Of a stretch of 64,000 bases of DNA, positions 62,498 to 64,000 are shown in pieces. The stretch comes from Eledone cirrhosa. Its lineage: Eukaryota. Every line of letters starts with the position of its first letter. Position 1 is the first letter of the stretch. Below the pieces are notes generated by a model. That model was not told the origin of the DNA. It saw only the letters and a list, made by a program, of their open reading frames with translations, and searched no databases. The stretch is taken from NCBI GenBank assembly GCA_964016885.1, contig OZ024741.1, forward strand, positions 204,476,001-204,540,000, read 5' to 3'. Both the position numbers and the translations under genes were made by a program.

Positions 62498-62667
62498 ACA
62501 ATCCCAAAGAGGTGAAACAAGATTCTTTTGCTGAAAAATTGGCGGCTAAAATTATAAAAAATCTTCAGGTTCAAGTTAGCAATATCCATATTCGTTATGA
62601 GGACAATTATACTAATTCAGCACATCCATTTGCTATTGGATTTACTCTTGAAGACTTAATCTTCCAG
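62498..62667 (+). CDS. VPS13: VPS13A/C-like exon: (D)NPKEVKQDSFAEKLAAKIIKNLQVQVSNIHIRYEDNYTNSAHPFAIGFTLEDLIFQ
   Basis: Long pyrimidine tract + CAG, GTTTGG donor, 170 nt. Contains the hallmark FAEKL..IIKNLQV..IHIRYED motif. Confidence 0.96.
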
Positions 62668-62709
62668 GTTTGGACTTTTACTTCAATATTTGATTTTTAT
62701 TTATAATCA

Positions 62710-63185
62710 CGTTTCTTCTTTCTTTTTCTTCTTTCTTCTTTCTTCTTTCTTCTTTCTGCTTTCTTCTTTTTTCTTTTTCTTCACCCACTTATTCCTGAGA
62801 AGGTCCTTCCAGAGGGTCCTGTCAGAAGCAACCGTCTCCAACTGATCTGGCTGGATCCCCAAGCGGGACCAGCCAAGCTCATGGATGATGTTATCCAACC
62901 ATCTTGCTTGGGGTCTCCTGCCAGTTGGTTTTTGCCTGCAAAATCTGTCCAATGATTCTTTTCTGAGACATTCTAACCACATGTCTATAGACTCAGAGCT
63001 GTGATCTCTTAATTCGGAGAAGTAGCGGCTCTACCTGGTGTAACTCTCTGATCTCTGAGCTGCACATTCTATTGAGTAACATTACTCCAAAGACTCTTCG
63101 GAGGAACCCCATTTCGGCCCTTGTATTTGTGGGTTTGACAAAGTACCAGATTGGTGACAAGTGTGAATAAGACCACTGAAACATT
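62710..63185 (-). mobile_element. RTE lineage E 3' fragment with long (GAA)-rich tail
   Basis: AEMGFLRRVFGVMLL..SSEIRE..QVEPLLLRI..RSQL. Homologous to 37640-38010. Confidence 0.85.
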
Positions 63186-64000
63186 TCTTACTAACTCATA
63201 ATTTTCTCCATTCCATTCCCAGACATAAATACTTTTAATAAATTATGTATGTACATATATATAAAATTAATAATTACAATTTGAAATGGTTGTGTCCTAA
63301 TGCAAATTACCATAATAGTTGTTGGTCAGTATAAATAATAGTTGAGAAAATTGGGTAAAGTACTCCTGGAGACAGAAAAAAAGTGTATAGAGATGTCCTC
63401 AAGTAATCTAACCCCACATCTCTGATACTAAATGAGTACATTAACCACTACGCTAAAGAACCAGTGGCCACCATTTCCATCCTTTTAGAAGATTTTAAAC
63501 TAGAAGTGTAAACAAAAGCATTGGTAAAATTTGAAATGTGTGTGCTCCTTGATATATTTTGTAATAGTTTTATATATTATTAAGTATCAGTCTTATATCA
63601 TACATCAAATTCCTAATCACTCATACTCTATTTCAGTGATATGAAACTAAATGTTTTCTCCTTTATAAGTTCTTTCTTTAATATATTATTAACTTTACTT
63701 CTGTTCCATTGGGGTCAGTAGTATGTATGCCACTTGGACAGTGACTAAGGCATGATCATTCTTGTTTGAGTCATCTGGATGAAGCTGTATATTGTAAGAC
63801 CTGAAACACCCAATGTCTTCAGTTTTGACCGAGTAATTACATCTGCAGTTGGATTGCCTGGATGAGGTCATATTTTATAAGACTTGAAACACCCAGTGAC
63901 TCCAGGATACAACACTGATGTGTTCAAGGTTTTGCATATGTAGATGTTTGAAGAATATATTATTTTTGTTCCATGTAACAATTTACCAAAGTTTATAACC

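Overview
AT-rich, microsatellite-dense animal genomic DNA. The SINE/LINE content suggests a coleoid cephalopod such as octopus, which is an inference only. On the + strand the window carries five small coding exons of a VPS13A/C-like (chorein N-terminal) gene: 32317-32360, 42021-42063, 42793-42888, 59686-59787 and 62498-62667. All five have AG/GT boundaries and consistent phase. I did not find the first coding exon, so everything upstream of 32317 is probably one very large intron. The introns are packed with mobile DNA: at least five RTE-clade LINE lineages (one copy with an intact 1021-aa ORF, and a near-identical inverted pair about 49 kb apart), CRE-clade endonuclease remnants, several Helitrons (one with a PIF1-helicase fragment), piggyBac-type TTAA MITEs, a solo LTR, two tRNA-derived SINE families, RTE-mobilised short elements and a 1.8-kb 20-bp minisatellite. 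The most unusual signals are: (i) three unrelated type-I hammerhead ribozyme motifs, one mirrored in both arms of a 324-bp palindrome and one inside a ~316-nt retrozyme-like tandem unit; (ii) a C4HC3 PHD finger inserted inside the RT of three RTE lineages; (iii) a UTR module that is the 5' leader of one RTE lineage and the 3' UTR of others; (iv) inverted LINEs bracketing an in-frame, stop-free 183-nt exon block, a candidate for circRNA formation, exon skipping or ADAR editing. All calls were made by eye; no database searches or folding programs were run.
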